Part shown: piece after piece, positions 29,044 to 38,306 of the stretch
Numbering within the stretch: the first letter of the stretch is position 1
Layout of the letters: each line of letters begins with the position of its first letter
Source: Vulcanimicrobiota bacterium
Lineage (GTDB): Bacteria > Vulcanimicrobiota > Xenobia > Xenobiales > JADMJV01
Assembly (NCBI GenBank): GCA_050250895.1
Contig: JBFWNU010000003.1
Coordinates: 778,109 to 842,108, forward strand
Length of the DNA: 64,000 nucleotides
Direction of reading: 5' to 3'
Made by a program: the position numbers and the translations under genes
The notes under the pieces: model-generated
The model's input: only the letters and a program-made list of their open reading frames with translations
What the model was told of the DNA's origin: nothing
Database searches by the model: none

Positions 29044-29126
29044 CCCATCCCTGACGAGCGAAGCGAGTTTAGCTCCCCTCTTGGAGCTCTGCTCCACTCC
29101 CATCTCCGAGCGCAGCTCGGCTCCCC
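29044..29126 (-). repeat. GGAG-tagged hairpin array, inverted copy of 27225-27310
   Basis: Reverse complement reads GGAGCCGAGCTGCGCTCGGAGATGGGAGTGGAGCAGAGCTCCAAGAGGGGAGC..CGCTCGTCAGGGATGG. Confidence 0.82.
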
Positions 29127-29135
29127 TTGACCGCG

Positions 29136-29726
29136 TTAAGCGGTCAACAGCGTGGGGTTCTGGATGCGACGGCGGCGGGGGGCGGCCTGGCGGTCGGTGG
29201 TCTGGCCCAGGAACGACTCTACCAGCGGCTGCTCTTCACCGGGCTCGGTCGGATTGGTGATGGGCTTCTCGATCACGCCGGCCGAAGCTTCCTGACGCCG
29301 GGCGCGCCGTTGGAGAATCTCGTTGGCTTTGTCACTAAGATTGGTGGTGTCGCGCGGGGCCTCGGGGGCGCGGGTCTCGTTGTTGAGACCCAGCAAGGCC
29401 CGCAGGCCGTCGAGCGAACTCATGCCAGCGCCGCCAGCCGGCAGATTGGCGTTGGCGCCGCCCACCTGGTTGCGATTGCCCGAGGCTTTGACGGCCATTT
29501 CACGCTGCTGCAGCAGGAGCTCGGCGGAGCGAGGGTCTGACGAGGGTCCACCGCTTGGCGGCGGGGGAGGGGGAGGCGGAATCAGACCTTCCAGGCTCTG
29601 GCGCATGTTCTGGATGAGCGCCAGCAGTTCAGCTGCGCTGAACTGGCTCGAGGTATCCTGGCGCTGCTTGGTCGCCCGGACTTTTGACTCGATTCTGTTG
29701 GGGCCGATAGGTCCGATTTCCGTCAT
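29136..29726 (-). CDS. Hypothetical low-complexity protein with a poly-Pro tract
   Basis: ATG after ACGGAGGA; third gene of the operon that begins at 31415. Confidence 0.75.
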   Translation of the reverse strand: MTEIGPIGPNRIESKVRATKQRQDTSSQFSAAELLALIQNMRQSLEGLIPPPPPPPPSGGPSSDPRSAELLLQQREMAVKASGNRNQVGGANANLPAGGAGMSSLDGLRALLGLNNETRAPEAPRDTTNLSDKANEILQRRARRQEASAGVIEKPITNPTEPGEEQPLVESFLGQTTDRQAAPRRRRIQNPTLLTA

Positions 29727-29739
29727 AGTTCCTCCGTGT

Positions 29740-31227
29740 CTATCTGTTGGTGGTGGTCGAGCCCTGGCTGGCCAGAGCGGGAGTCCGGTTGGCGCCGAAG
29801 TTGGGCGTCTGGCTGACGACGCCACCCTCTTCACCGGTTTCGGCTTTGCGCAGCCCCTCTTCGACTTCGCCGCGCAGGCCCAGGATGCTCATCATCCGGC
29901 TTCGGGTTCGGGCTGCCTGGCTGGTCATCTGACCCATCTGGCGAGACAGATTACGCTGCTCGGCCTGATCGGCATTGCGCTCGGTATTGGCTTCAGATAC
30001 CTCACGCTGGGCGCTGGAGAGTCTTCCCCGGGCTTCGCCAAGACGGTTCTGACTATCGGAAAGCTGTTGTTCGGCCCGGCTATTCTCTTGCTGGGCCTGC
30101 TCTTGCTGGCGACGGGCAGAGTCGAGGCGCTGCTGGGCCGCTTGCAGTTCAGCCTGGGCGGCGGCCACCTCGGCCTGGGCGGCGGCTTTGGCCGAGGCGT
30201 CGTCAGAGTCGACGCGAGCGGCCTTGGCTTGCGCCGACGACAGCTTGCGCTGAGCGGTGTTGACCTGACTCTGCGAGACGCGTACTTCGCGGTTGGCCTG
30301 ACCTAGCTGTTGGCGAGCGTCGCTGAGCTTGCCTTTGTCGGACTGGACGGTAGCGTTGGCTTCCTGGGTCTCCTGGCTGGCCTGGGCCTCTTCGCCCCTG
30401 GCCTTCTCGGCCCGACCGGTCGATTCGCTGAGTTGCTGCTCGGCATTGGCCAGTTTCGACTTGGTCTCGCCTTCTTCGCTGTCGACCTTCTCGTTTTCGT
30501 TGCGAGCCCGACCCAGGGCGGCGTCGAGTTCGGCTTTCTTCTCTTTAAGTTCTTGCTTGAGGCGCTCTTGCTCAGCCCGGGTTTCGGGAGTGGCGCCGCT
30601 TTGAGCCGACTCGATCTCGTCGGTCAGGCCCTGGATCTCTTGACGTAGCGACTCGGTCTTTTGTTCGGCCGTCTGGGCGTTGGCACTCGACGAGTTCTGA
30701 GCTCCGGAGGAGGACGAGGCTTCGCCGGTGGATTGCTCGCCGCCGCGCGAACCGCCGTTGTCGTTATTGGCAATGGCTTCGTTGTTGCTCTCGCGATTGG
30801 CGGCCGAGGCTTCGGGCGCCGGCTTGGCGGCGTCTGATCCGATCTCGGAGAGTCCTACGTCGGCCTTGAGCGCCTCGGTCTCGGCCTTGGCCAGCTCGGC
30901 GTTGGCTTTGTCGATATCTTTGCCAGAAGACTTTTTGTCGGTAAGAGCTTTGTCGAGCTGAGTCTGAGCTTCTTTGGCCTTGAGTTCGGCGGCGTTGCGC
31001 TCTTCGATGAGTTTCAGTTCGAGACTCTGAGGGTCGCCAGCTGGCTTCTCGACCACGGCCGCGGGCTCGGGCTTGTTGCGGTTGTTGAAGAAGTCCTGAA
31101 CTGCGGCGACACTGGCGTCGGTAACCTGGGCCTCGATGGTTGGCGTGGCCACCGGGGGCTTCAGCTGAGGGTTGTTGTTAGCTGCTGCTGCTACGGCTGC
31201 AGCGTTCGGATCGACAGTCGTGGCCAT
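29740..31227 (-). CDS. Long coiled-coil, Ala/Gln/Glu-rich hypothetical protein
   Basis: 495 aa; heptad-rich; no signal peptide or TM; TAATG-coupled to the upstream small ORF. Confidence 0.82.
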   Translation of the reverse strand: MATTVDPNAAAVAAAANNNPQLKPPVATPTIEAQVTDASVAAVQDFFNNRNKPEPAAVVEKPAGDPQSLELKLIEERNAAELKAKEAQTQLDKALTDKKSSGKDIDKANAELAKAETEALKADVGLSEIGSDAAKPAPEASAANRESNNEAIANNDNGGSRGGEQSTGEASSSSGAQNSSSANAQTAEQKTESLRQEIQGLTDEIESAQSGATPETRAEQERLKQELKEKKAELDAALGRARNENEKVDSEEGETKSKLANAEQQLSESTGRAEKARGEEAQASQETQEANATVQSDKGKLSDARQQLGQANREVRVSQSQVNTAQRKLSSAQAKAARVDSDDASAKAAAQAEVAAAQAELQAAQQRLDSARRQQEQAQQENSRAEQQLSDSQNRLGEARGRLSSAQREVSEANTERNADQAEQRNLSRQMGQMTSQAARTRSRMMSILGLRGEVEEGLRKAETGEEGGVVSQTPNFGANRTPALASQGSTTTNR

Positions 31228-31415
31228 TAGCCTACCATCCCAACTCGCTCACCACTCTGGCGGCGGATGTTGTTGTGCATGTTGGGGCGCTCATTGGACC
31301 AGTTCACGCCCAGCATTTCACGGACATTGCCGAAGGAGCGCTCGTTCCAGTCCCGAGGGGTGGAATCGAACCAGCGAAGAGCACGGGTTGGACGCTTACG
31401 TTGGCCGAGATTCAT
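31227..31415 (-). CDS. Small basic protein (62 aa)
   Basis: Strong RBS AGCAGGAGGA; TAATG overlap with the next gene; TAGACT -10 upstream. Confidence 0.68.
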   Translation of the reverse strand: MNLGQRKRPTRALRWFDSTPRDWNERSFGNVREMLGVNWSNERPNMHNNIRRQSGERVGMVG

Positions 31416-31528
31416 AGAACTGACTTCCTCCTGCTTTCTGAACTCAGTCTATCTCGGAGCGGTTTCCGAAAAATTCTGGATAAGGCCGTTTTATGTAAAC
31501 AGTAAATGAACGAATTGCAACCGGCTTG

Positions 31529-33310
31529 TTAAAAGCCCCAGTAAAAGTGGGCCATGAGCATGGCCGCACTGAAGGTGACCAGCATCAAGCCGGCACCCAC
31601 CTTCACGAAGTCCTTGGCCTTGTAGCCACCGGGCCCCATTACCAGGGCGTTGACCGGATGCGAGACAGGGGTGAGGAATGCATTGGAACAGGCAATGGCT
31701 ACCAGCACGCCGATGCCGACCGGGTCGAGCCCGAGCTTGAGGGCGATTCCGATGGTGATGGGCCCGGCCAAAAGCGCCGTGACCTGGCCTCCCAGGACCT
31801 GGGCCAGAGCGGCGGTGGAGAGAAAGAAGGCGGCCACCAGGGCCAGCGGGCCGTAACTGAGGGTCCCGGCCAGGCTCTTGCCCACGATGTCGGTCCAGCC
31901 GGTCCGCTCGAGTGCGATGGCCATGGGACTCATGGCCGCGATGAGCACGATGGCCCGCCATTCAATCGAGGAATAGGCTTCGTCGGGAGTGAGGCAGCCG
32001 AGCAACACCAGGGCCACCCCTCCGGCCAGACTGGCCTGGGCCATAGGGACCAGGCCCAACCCGGCCGTGAAGATGACTCCTCCGGCTATAATCAGAGTCC
32101 AGACCGTTTGCGAGGCCGATACCGGTCCGTAGGCCGGCGTGTCGACCACCAACCAGTCCGGGTCATCGGCCAACTTCAGGATCTGGCGCATCTTACCCAC
32201 CACCAGCAGGGCGTCTCCCGCGCGCAGGACCTGGTTGCCGACATCGTGGCTGATGGCTCGCCCTGATCGCCACAGGGCCACGGCCGTGACCCGATGGCGA
32301 GTGCGAAAGCGCAGTTCCCGCAGGCTTCGACCGGCGGCCCGCGAGCGGGGAGGCACGACCACTTCGGACATCAAGACAGGCAGATCGCGCGAGCCCGGAT
32401 GGCGCTTGCGGTTGCGGCCTACGTGAGTGCCTTCGAGGCTGTGGGCATGCTCTTCATCGCCCACCACCAGAAGGATATCGTCGACCTGTAACCGGTAATT
32501 GGGATCAGGATGAAACATGGCCTCGCGACCATGCCATAGGGCCAGCACGGAGAGATCCCGCTCGGCTCCCAGCCGAGCTTCGGCCAGGGTCTGGCCCACC
32601 AGCGGAGAGCCCTCGACGATCTTGACTTCCCACAGTCGCTTTTCGACCTCGTAGAGCGAAGCCAGGTCGTTGAGACTCAGGGCGGCGCGACCCGACGAGG
32701 TGCCGCTGGGTAGCAACCGAGAGCCGATGAAGACCATATAGGCCGTCCCGGCCAGGGTCACCACTCCGCCGGTCAAGACAAAGCTGGTAAAGCCCAGCGA
32801 GCGGCCGGTCAGATCGTGGAGCACCCCGCTCAAGACGATGTTGGCGGTGGTAAAGATGGTGGCCGTTCCCCCCAGAATCACCCCAAAACCCAGCGGCATC
32901 AACAAGCGCGAAGCGGGCAACTGGTTGCGGCGGGCCACATCGACTGCGGCCGGCAGCAGCAGCGAGCCGGCGGCGATGGTGTTCATACACAGCGAGAGGG
33001 CCGCTCCGGTGAGCATGAAGACGCCCACCATCTTGGGCTCGCTACTGCCCGAAAGCCGGCTCAGGCGGCTGGCCACCCAGCTGACCACCCCCGCTCGTTC
33101 CAGCGCGGCGCTGACCACAAAGAGACCCGCCAGGGTAAGGATGCTGGGGCGGGCGAACCCCGCCACCGTCTCTTCGGGAGTAACGACCCCGGCTATTCCC
33201 AGGGCGAGAAGCACCAGCAACGACACGATGTCGGCGCGCACCTTATCGGTGAGAAACAATGCAAAGGCCACCACCAGGACGCCCAGCACATAGAATCCCT
33301 GGTCTACCAC
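31529..33310 (-). CDS. SLC13/CitMHS-type permease with two TrkA-C domains
   Basis: TM bundles flanking 'SPLVGQTLAE' and 'SRAAGRSLREL' RCK-C domains; 'AFLTPVSHPVNALVMGPGGY'. Confidence 0.92.
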   Translation of the reverse strand: MVDQGFYVLGVLVVAFALFLTDKVRADIVSLLVLLALGIAGVVTPEETVAGFARPSILTLAGLFVVSAALERAGVVSWVASRLSRLSGSSEPKMVGVFMLTGAALSLCMNTIAAGSLLLPAAVDVARRNQLPASRLLMPLGFGVILGGTATIFTTANIVLSGVLHDLTGRSLGFTSFVLTGGVVTLAGTAYMVFIGSRLLPSGTSSGRAALSLNDLASLYEVEKRLWEVKIVEGSPLVGQTLAEARLGAERDLSVLALWHGREAMFHPDPNYRLQVDDILLVVGDEEHAHSLEGTHVGRNRKRHPGSRDLPVLMSEVVVPPRSRAAGRSLRELRFRTRHRVTAVALWRSGRAISHDVGNQVLRAGDALLVVGKMRQILKLADDPDWLVVDTPAYGPVSASQTVWTLIIAGGVIFTAGLGLVPMAQASLAGGVALVLLGCLTPDEAYSSIEWRAIVLIAAMSPMAIALERTGWTDIVGKSLAGTLSYGPLALVAAFFLSTAALAQVLGGQVTALLAGPITIGIALKLGLDPVGIGVLVAIACSNAFLTPVSHPVNALVMGPGGYKAKDFVKVGAGLMLVTFSAAMLMAHFYWGF

Positions 33311-33359
33311 AGGTAGGCATTCGGGGCGGACCAGTCAGTGCCTCTAGAGCAGGGGCTGG

Positions 33360-36032
33360 CTAGTGGGCGTCGAGTTTCTCGAGCAGGGCGTTGAGGTTGG
33401 TGCCGTCATCGGGATAGGAGGCGATCTCGGCCGAGCACTTCACCTTGACTCCGTCGTCGCCCCGTTGGGCCAGGCGAGCGTTGAGGCTCTCGACCCGCTT
33501 TTCGCTGCCTTCGCGGGTTACGCCGTGCAGAAACAGCAGAAAGCGGTGATGTCCCTGGCGCACCAGAATGTCTTCGGTGCGGCAGTTGTGTTCGAGGATC
33601 TGGGCCACCTGGCGCAGGAGTTCGGCGGCCTTGCGCCAGCCCAGCTGCAGGGTGATCTCGTCGAAGCTGTCGATGCTCAGGCTGCAGACCGAGAAGGTCA
33701 GGCCGTTGCGCACTGCCAGCGCGAACAGCTGGGCGCCCGTCTTGAGCGCCGCTCGCAGATCCATCAGGCCGGTCAGAGGGTCGCGGGTAGTCGACAGGCG
33801 CAGGGCCTGGTTGCGGGCCAGGCGGCTGCGGATTCGGCTGACCAGTCGGGCCGGCTCGAGGGGCTTGGTGATGACGTCGTCGGCCCCGGCCTCGAGTGCC
33901 CGTTCGTAATTCTCAAAATCTTGGTGAGCAGTCAGCACGATGATGGGCAGGTGGCGATAGTTGATGTCGCTGCGCAGCACCCGACAGATATCAAACCCAC
34001 TGACGGTAGGCATCTCGAGATCGAGCAGCAAGAGGTCCGGAGAATTCTCGCTGATGACGGCCCACAACTCCATCGGATCGGTGATGGCTTCGACCTGAAA
34101 TCCTCGTCGCTCGAGCACCCGGCGAATGACGGTAAGAATCAGACGATCATCATCGAGGGCCAGGATACGGGTGGCCTTCTCGGCCTGCCCGCCGAACCGT
34201 TCTTCGATCTCGTCGAACACGGCCGAAGCGGGCACTGGTTTGTGCAGATAGATGGCGCTGGTGCGTCGAGCCACCGCCAGACGCCGGCTGAACTCGCCCT
34301 CGCTGCTGAGGATGACCAGCGGCAGGTCAGGGCGCTCGGTACACAACCAATCGAGCAATTCATCGGCGCCCGGGGCCGCCGCCTCGAAGATGATCAGGTC
34401 GGGACTGCGCAGCTGGAGCGAGGCTTTGGCGGTGGTGGCGTCCTGGGCCTCGACGATGGTCAGACCCCGGTTCATGGCCTCGAGAATCAAGCTCTCGCGC
34501 TGGTACGGATCGGGTTCGACCAGCAACAGCGAACGGGCGCCGTGGTCGGCCTCGACCTGAGGATCTTCAAAAGACTTCTCGATCTCGGCCACCAGCTCGG
34601 CCAGGCGCGGAGCGCTCTCCGAGCCCAGCGCGGTCTTCTTGAGATGAGCCTCGACCCGGCGCACGGATTGGACGCCGTGCAGATTGCCCAGCGATCCGAG
34701 CAGTCCCGTCAGAGCGGTGGTGGCCTTTAGTGCCGCCGCCCGCGAAGCGGGTTCGAGTTCGGTCTGGCGGGCCAACCCGGCCACCGTCGAGCGCAGAACC
34801 TCGAGCAGCGCCTGACTATCGCCAAAGGTCTCTTGCAGGACCTCGGTCGGGTCGGGGGCCTGGCCCTCGTCTTCGGTGGGCTGGTTCTCCTGGCGGATGC
34901 GCTCGACCTGAGGCCGGATGGCCATGAACGCCTGGGCCACGGTCGGGTCAAAGTGCGAACCCGCCTCGCGGGCGATCAGATCAAAGGCGTCGTCCAGAGA
35001 ATAGGGAGCTTTGTAGCGGCGGGCCGTGGTCAGCGCGTCGAAAACGTCGGCCACGGCCACGATGCGCCCGGTCAGGGGGATGCGTTCGCCCGACAAGCCC
35101 TTGGGATAGCCCGATCCATCCCATTTCTCGTGGTGGCTCAGGGCGATCTCTTCAGCCACCTGGATGATGGCGCTCTGCGAGTTGGCCAGGATATTGGCCC
35201 CGATCACGGTATGCTGCTTCATCACCTCGCGCTCGTAATCGGTAAAGCGACCCGGCTTGAGCAGAATACTGTCGGGAATGCCCACTTTGCCCACATCATG
35301 CAACAGACTGGCCACTTTGATGGCCGCCACCAGCGCCTCGTCCAATCCCAATTGGCGGGCAATTTCCTCGCAATACTGGCTGACCCGACGAAGGTGCTCG
35401 CCACCCTCATCATCGCGATACTCGGCCGCCCGAGACAGCTTGTAGATGGTCTCTTCGGCCGACGCATCCAACAACAAGTGGGCTTCGGCCACCTCGCCGG
35501 CCTTGCGACTGCGGTCCATGGCTACGGCCACCATCTCGCAGATGATACCGAGCAATCGAAGATCGTTGTCTTTGAAGCGGCCGGCCTGCATCAGGCTGTC
35601 GAGATAAACCACCCCCAGGAGATCGTCTTGAGCCACCAGCGGATGAAGCATGACCGAACGAATGCCGGCAATGACCACGCTCTCGGAGCGGGCAGTCTCT
35701 TCGGCATCGAGCATCAACACCGGCCTGCGCTCGGTCAGGCACTCCTCCAAAAGGGTGTAGGTGAAGCGAAACTTATGACCCCAGGGCTCGACCGACTTGT
35801 CAAGGGCGATCTCTTGAATCAGCTGCTTCTGCTGGTCATAGAGGCGCACGAAGCCACGATCGGCCTCCATCGCGTTCATCATGGCCTCTAGCACCGACCA
35901 CAGGACCACGTCGGGCTCGTAGGAAGTGTTGAGGGCCTTACTGATCGTCGAAAGCGTGGCTAGCTTGGCCACATCTTCAGAAGTCAGACTCTTGAGAGAG
36001 CCCAAAGGCTGCGATGGCTTAGAAATGCTCAA
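33360..36032 (-). CDS. GAF / HD-GYP / Hpt-like / REC / REC / degenerate GGDEF signalling protein
   Basis: 'LHDVGKVGIPD', 'HHEKWDGSGYP', 'LLLLDLEMP', 'DPLTGL', 'RTEDILVRQGHHRF'. Confidence 0.92.
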   Translation of the reverse strand: MSISKPSQPLGSLKSLTSEDVAKLATLSTISKALNTSYEPDVVLWSVLEAMMNAMEADRGFVRLYDQQKQLIQEIALDKSVEPWGHKFRFTYTLLEECLTERRPVLMLDAEETARSESVVIAGIRSVMLHPLVAQDDLLGVVYLDSLMQAGRFKDNDLRLLGIICEMVAVAMDRSRKAGEVAEAHLLLDASAEETIYKLSRAAEYRDDEGGEHLRRVSQYCEEIARQLGLDEALVAAIKVASLLHDVGKVGIPDSILLKPGRFTDYEREVMKQHTVIGANILANSQSAIIQVAEEIALSHHEKWDGSGYPKGLSGERIPLTGRIVAVADVFDALTTARRYKAPYSLDDAFDLIAREAGSHFDPTVAQAFMAIRPQVERIRQENQPTEDEGQAPDPTEVLQETFGDSQALLEVLRSTVAGLARQTELEPASRAAALKATTALTGLLGSLGNLHGVQSVRRVEAHLKKTALGSESAPRLAELVAEIEKSFEDPQVEADHGARSLLLVEPDPYQRESLILEAMNRGLTIVEAQDATTAKASLQLRSPDLIIFEAAAPGADELLDWLCTERPDLPLVILSSEGEFSRRLAVARRTSAIYLHKPVPASAVFDEIEERFGGQAEKATRILALDDDRLILTVIRRVLERRGFQVEAITDPMELWAVISENSPDLLLLDLEMPTVSGFDICRVLRSDINYRHLPIIVLTAHQDFENYERALEAGADDVITKPLEPARLVSRIRSRLARNQALRLSTTRDPLTGLMDLRAALKTGAQLFALAVRNGLTFSVCSLSIDSFDEITLQLGWRKAAELLRQVAQILEHNCRTEDILVRQGHHRFLLFLHGVTREGSEKRVESLNARLAQRGDDGVKVKCSAEIASYPDDGTNLNALLEKLDAH

Positions 36033-36058
36033 GTCTCGGGCCTATTCTCCTCAGGCCC

Positions 36059-36457
36059 TTATCCCCCCTGGGTCTCGAGCAACCTTCCCGCCAAAGTCAC
36101 CATCACGCCGACCGCCACCAGTCCAGCCCCCACCAGACGAAGCGGTCCCATCTTCTCGGCGAACAGCCAGACTCCCAGCAAGGGCGTCAGGATATAGGTC
36201 ACTCCATACAATGTGTAGGCAAGCGAGAGGTCGGTTTGGGCCAGGACATAGATCCAAAACACGGCCGACAGGGTCCACATCGTCAAGCCGGCTATCACCA
36301 CCGGGTCAGACAGCACCGACCACCAGGCCGAAAGGCCTAGCGGGTTGTTGGCCAACTGCTTGCCGCTGGCGCCGCTTTTGAGGCAGAGCTGGCCGCCGAC
36401 ACTGAGTAGCACGCACAGCGCCACCAGGGCCAGCGTCTTCACTGGCGAGCGAGCCAC
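36059..36457 (-). CDS. Small EamA/SMR-like (ArnE/ArnF-like) 4-TM transporter
   Basis: 'GQLCLK', 'DLSLAY', 'LFAEKM' pattern. Confidence 0.82.
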   Translation of the reverse strand: MARSPVKTLALVALCVLLSVGGQLCLKSGASGKQLANNPLGLSAWWSVLSDPVVIAGLTMWTLSAVFWIYVLAQTDLSLAYTLYGVTYILTPLLGVWLFAEKMGPLRLVGAGLVAVGVMVTLAGRLLETQGG

Positions 36458-38256
36458 TGGCCACGTAGGGCCAGTTGCTCGGGGCTGGGGTTGGGCACTG
36501 CCTCCAGCACCGTGGTGGTCTCGGGCTCGGGAGTGACGGCGAAGGTGCGGCTCACCGGCCGACCGGTAAAATCGTCTTTGGCATCGACCGTGAGTTCCAC
36601 CACGTTATCGCCAGTTTTCAGGCGGGCCTTTTCGCCCTGGTAGAAGTTCAGTCCAGCTCGTCGGGCCGGTCCACTCTCATCGACCGACTTGATGGTCACC
36701 AACCCGTCTTTCTCGGGGGCCAGGGTCAGGCCCAGCGAGGGCAACTCGGTACTGGCGTTCAAAGCTCTATCCAGCGGTGGGGCCGGCTGGCGGCGCTCGA
36801 CCAGCTGATAGCCCACCAAAGCCAAGCTGGCGTTGAGATCGAAGGGTTTGCGGTCGCGCAGATGGTCGGTAAAGAGCTGATGGATTCGCTCGGCACCCGG
36901 ACCGGCCGCTGCGGCCGTCAAGCGTTCGACATCGTCGAGGGTGAAGCCCCGACCGCTACCCCCGAATTCGGCCTTGAGCCCGCGCAGCACGTCGTAGAAC
37001 CCCTTTTCGCCGCCGGTGGCCTGGCGCAGCTCGAGCTCGAGAATGGTGGCCGCCACGGCTCCCTTATTATAGTAGTTACTGTTGCCCACATGAGCGTCCA
37101 GGCTGTCGTCGGTTGGACTGGTGGGGTTGTGGGCGTAATCGTCCAGATAGCGGGTGAAGAACCGCTCGAGCTGGCCTAGATGCTGCTCGGGGGTGGACAG
37201 GCCGGCTAGCAGCTCGAGACGCTTGCCGGCCCACTCGGTGGTGCCCTCGGTCAGCCACAGACCATCGGTCTTGTGGATGTGGGTCAGGTCCTCGCAGTCG
37301 ATGCCGTCGTGAGTGACGAACTTGGCCAGCAACTTGTGGATCAGTTCGTGGGCCATGATGCCACGCTCATAGGCCCGCCCGTCGGAATCGTAGCGCTTGG
37401 CGATGCCCGCTTTGGCCCGGCTCGACAGCAGCAGCTCGTGGCCATGGTAATGCTCGTAGCCGCCGGCCCCGGGCTTGCCGTTGTGCAGATAGTGCTTATT
37501 GAGGAAGTATTTGTCGCTGGAATCGACCCCGGCCGGCAGGGGAGCGGCGTGGGTGTAGCGCTGGGTGGGAAACTTGCCGAACTCCCTGAGGAAGGTCTTA
37601 TAGAGAGCGGTCAAGTCTTGCAGACTCTCGGCGGCGCTGGCTCCGTTGACCTTCAGCCCCTCCCAGGGAGGAGTGCCATGGACGTTGACGGTCAGTTGGG
37701 TCCCCTCGACCTCGGCCGAAGCCTGGTCGAAGTGGCCGGCGAAGAGGTTGGTGTCGGCCAGGTCCTGATAGGTAGGAGCGTAGAAGGCGTGGGGCTGGTC
37801 GAGCACTTTGGGCAGGCTGGCCTGGCTTTGCCAGGCCTGGTCGGGCAGGTTCTCGAGGGCCACTATGCTCGGGTCTTGCTCGTGACCGCGCACGATCATG
37901 GCCACCGCGGGTCCGTTCACATAGGCGTAGTCTTCGGTCAGGTTGGCCCGCACATGGCTGAAAGTGTCGGCTTCGACGGTGTAGCGCACGACCACCGGGC
38001 CCCGGCTCTCGCGCTCGATACGATAGCCGCCTTCGCGCAGCTTCGTGAACGGCATCTCGTCGCCCTGGGCGTCGCTGACCTTGACGCCCCGGATGCGGGC
38101 GTCGTGGTTGAGGCTGTTGGTGGGCGAACCGGGCGACAGATGCGGCATGACCACATCCACGGGCTCGTTGCCGGGGAGATCGACAGTCATCTTGACGTCG
38201 ATTTCCCGGTTTCTGGCCCGCGAGAGGTCGAGATCGTAGCGGATCGGCACCTGCAT
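36439..38256 (-). CDS. M61 family (glycyl aminopeptidase-like) metallopeptidase
   Basis: 'AHELIH', 'GLWLTEGTT', 'YYNKGA', PDZ-like tail; TATCCT-N7-ATG promoter. Confidence 0.85.
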   Translation of the reverse strand: MQVPIRYDLDLSRARNREIDVKMTVDLPGNEPVDVVMPHLSPGSPTNSLNHDARIRGVKVSDAQGDEMPFTKLREGGYRIERESRGPVVVRYTVEADTFSHVRANLTEDYAYVNGPAVAMIVRGHEQDPSIVALENLPDQAWQSQASLPKVLDQPHAFYAPTYQDLADTNLFAGHFDQASAEVEGTQLTVNVHGTPPWEGLKVNGASAAESLQDLTALYKTFLREFGKFPTQRYTHAAPLPAGVDSSDKYFLNKHYLHNGKPGAGGYEHYHGHELLLSSRAKAGIAKRYDSDGRAYERGIMAHELIHKLLAKFVTHDGIDCEDLTHIHKTDGLWLTEGTTEWAGKRLELLAGLSTPEQHLGQLERFFTRYLDDYAHNPTSPTDDSLDAHVGNSNYYNKGAVAATILELELRQATGGEKGFYDVLRGLKAEFGGSGRGFTLDDVERLTAAAAGPGAERIHQLFTDHLRDRKPFDLNASLALVGYQLVERRQPAPPLDRALNASTELPSLGLTLAPEKDGLVTIKSVDESGPARRAGLNFYQGEKARLKTGDNVVELTVDAKDDFTGRPVSRTFAVTPEPETTTVLEAVPNPSPEQLALRGQWLARQ

Positions 38257-38306
38257 TGTCTTCAGGATAGCGCGGCGGGCTCTGGCCAGGGTTGCCCTGA
38301 TGTAAA

